A stretch of DNA of 63,746 nucleotides, the filler included, from Octopus bimaculoides (lineage: Eukaryota): the NCBI RefSeq assembly GCF_001194135.2. It is 6 parts of 6 records of this genome, joined end to end, with 100 filler letters (N's around TTAATTAATTAA, not from the genome) between each part and the next. Parts side by side here need not be neighbours in the genome. Positions count along the whole stretch, not along the records: positions 57,746 to 61,862 come from NC_069008.1; positions 61,963 to 63,746 come from NC_069005.1; 4 more parts are not named here. One strand, written 5' to 3'. The translations under genes and the position numbers were made by a program. This document shows positions 61,408 to 63,746 of this stretch, piece after piece (positions within the stretch are counted from its first letter, which is position 1; every line of letters starts with the position of its first letter). The notes beneath the pieces are model-generated. The model saw only the letters and a program-made list of their open reading frames with translations, was not told where the DNA came from and did not search any database.

Positions 61408-61742
61408 GGCAAGTGTCTTCTACTATAGCCTCGGGCCGACCAAGACCTTGTGAGTGGATTTGGTGGACGGAAACTGAAAGAAGCCCGTCGTATATATGTA
61501 TATATATATATATATATACATATATGTATGTGTGTGTATATGTTTGTGTGTCTTTGTCCTCCCAACATCGCTTCACAACCGATGCTGGTGTGTTTACGTC
61601 CCCGTAACTTAGCGGTTCGGCAAAAGAGACCAATAGAATAAGTACTAGGCTTTCAAAGAATAAGTCCTGGCGTCGATTTTCTCAACTAAAGGCGGTGCTT
61701 CAGCATGGCCACAGTCAAATGACTGAAACAAGTAAAAGAGTA
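61408..61742 (+). mobile_element. SINE family A, young; 5' end in a gap
   Basis: ggcaagtgtcttctactatagcctcgggccgacc...aatgactgaaacaagtaaaagag. Confidence 0.93.
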
Positions 61743-62479
61743 ATTGTATTTGTCCCTCCTGTGTACAACCCTGTATGGCTAATAAAAGAACGTTATCTAT
61801 CTATCTATCCATCTATATAACTATCTATCTATCTATCTATCTATCTATCTGTCTGTCTATCTNNNNNNNNNNNNNNNNNNNNNNNNNNNNNNNNNNNNNN
61901 NNNNNNTTAATTAATTAANNNNNNNNNNNNNNNNNNNNNNNNNNNNNNNNNNNNNNNNNNNNAAAATAAAGATTCCCTCGTAATGGGGGGGGAGGCTAAG
62001 ATGTGGGTGTGAAAACCATCAAAAATATGTTTTAATATGAAGCAGTAGTGTTGTTGTGGTTGTTGTTGTTGCTGTTGTACATTTTCTGTAATCTCCACTG
62101 AAGACTTTCAGAATGAGTGAGATCTTGATCATCAAAGACCAAATAGAGCTGGGGGGGGGGGCATGGGGACACACGGACACACACAATGAATGAGCCAACA
62201 AAGGTGTCTCTACACAGTCACTCTATTTGCTATAAATAACAGCTAACATTCTCGCACATCCACACCCTACCGCCTTCAAAAGGGATGAACACATTGAACT
62301 GAACAATAAATATAGTGACTGATATACAAATAAATGGAATGGTCATGTCTGGAACACACTTCATCATAGATCTATTCCATCTGGCACAGAACTGACCAGG
62401 GGCTAAACTAGGACCCTACAGTAGAACATAAGCAAATTTACTGAGCTAAGAGATTCAAATAAATAATAATAATAATTTT

Positions 62480-62760
62480 TGAGGGGAAGGGCTAGCTGAT
62501 ATCATTGATACTTTATTTTAACTCCCCCAGGAAAGATGAAAGGCAAAGTTTTCCTCAGTGAAATTTGAACCCAGAATGTAAACCATTAAAGTAGTGGACA
62601 CATATTGGGTAGGAGAGAACACTATTTTCTAGACTGGATCCAGGGGCACTGCTTCTGAGGAATTATAACTGACCCCACTATGTTAATCTGGTCCTTATTT
62701 TATTGATGTCATGGGCAAGACAATCTACATCTAGTAATGAAACTCCAGCTTGGAAGCTCA
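62480..62760 (-). mobile_element. one or two diverged family B SINE fragments
   Basis: gatgaaaggcaaagttttcctcagtgaaatttgaacccag. Confidence 0.65.
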
Positions 62761-63462
62761 GGAGTTTGGGGGAATATAGTTAGTCTTTAATCGCCACTAC
62801 CCCAACATTTGATGTGGCTCAGATCAGTGGCAGCACCTGTTGAGGGCCCCCCATTAAAGAGCCAAATAGCAGCAAATGGTCCTATGACTTATAGGAGACT
62901 GTTGGACCCTAGACGGGTATCACTCAGGCCCACCAGTGTGAGGACATGCCCAGCCTGAGGATTAAATAGGCCCTGTGCTTCAAGGGTAGGCTAAAGAGGA
63001 CAGGGGACCAGCAGAATAAACAAAACAGCAAAGGGAAACTACAAGTCTACCTTTCCCAAGATTTTGACATGGAGGGCCCTGACTGCTGATAGCTGTAGGC
63101 ATGGTACCTGAAGAGAAAGGATAACATTAAGGTTCTAAGGTAGGCTAATAATGGTGAGAAGAGTGGAATCAAGTAGTACAAGGTACTTTTTGTTCAATGC
63201 ATCGATTCTACCATTCCACAGACATACAGGCACACATCAAACAGGCTTCTACAGTCTTCATCTTAAAAATATAGTCCAACTGACCACGCAACCATATATA
63301 TGCACACACTTCCTAATATATCCTGTACACATTATGAGCTATACATACACACATCATAAATTATCACACACACACGAGAACACGGTGGAGAAAAAAGTTA
63401 TTTCGTAAACAGCCTATCATGTAGGAGTTCTAAAGTGTTACACATTGATGTCTGTGTGTATT

Positions 63463-63494
<32 letters not shown>

Positions 63495-63746
63495 GTGCTG
63501 ATATTACATATAAATTACTTGTTCAGTTTTTCTGTTGAGGAGGTTGAGGTGGGGTGGGGGGTCATCATGAGAACATTTTTGCATAGCTCTAAATGAAAGG
63601 TTTTCAAAAATGAGGAATTAATTAAAAAAAAAAAAGAGGCAACAGACCACACACACATACACACAAATATTAACACAACAAAATAATAATAATAATGATG
63701 ATGATGATAATGATATTGGTAGTTAGTGATGGTGGTGATGGTGAAA

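Noticed and set aside
22459-61633. Long ORFs of 100-420 aa containing X runs
   Set aside because: They are open only because they cross N gaps and (TA)n or (CA)n tracts.
18351-61918. Five copies of TTAATTAATTAA
   Set aside because: Always centred in N-runs with stops in six frames: an assembly linker, not biology.
62800-63150. GC-richer unique-looking block as a possible exon
   Set aside because: No clean frame bounded by splice sites and no recognisable protein motif.

Overview
AT-rich, gap-ridden eukaryotic scaffold. Its SINE, RTE and microsatellite content is most consistent with a cephalopod (Octopus-like) genome; this attribution is from recall, not a search. Almost all computed ORFs are artefacts of microsatellites, N-runs or antisense strands of transposons. 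The only host-gene signal is one candidate first coding exon (6855-7006, +, perfect AG|GTAAGT donor). The rest is decayed mobile DNA: several tRNA-derived SINE families, RTE-clade LINE fragments, R4/Dong-like LINE fragments with a restriction-like endonuclease (RLE), a CR1-type LINE 3' end, four mariner remnants, a ~900-bp foldback element and Penelope-like elements (PLEs) of two clades. The most notable items are sequence-supported minimal type I hammerhead ribozyme motifs (46653-46697; 48978-49044 and 50755-50821 in a rearranged PLE; a weaker one at 42631-42681). Also notable are a perfect 100-bp palindrome plus ~610-bp inverted arms in that PLE, a 3' tail shared by a SINE and a CR1 LINE, and a CpG-poor/CpG-rich switch that coincides with scaffold gaps. 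These belong to known classes of element; I cannot support a wholly new system. Repeat boundaries are approximate (about +/-20 bp) unless stated as exact.
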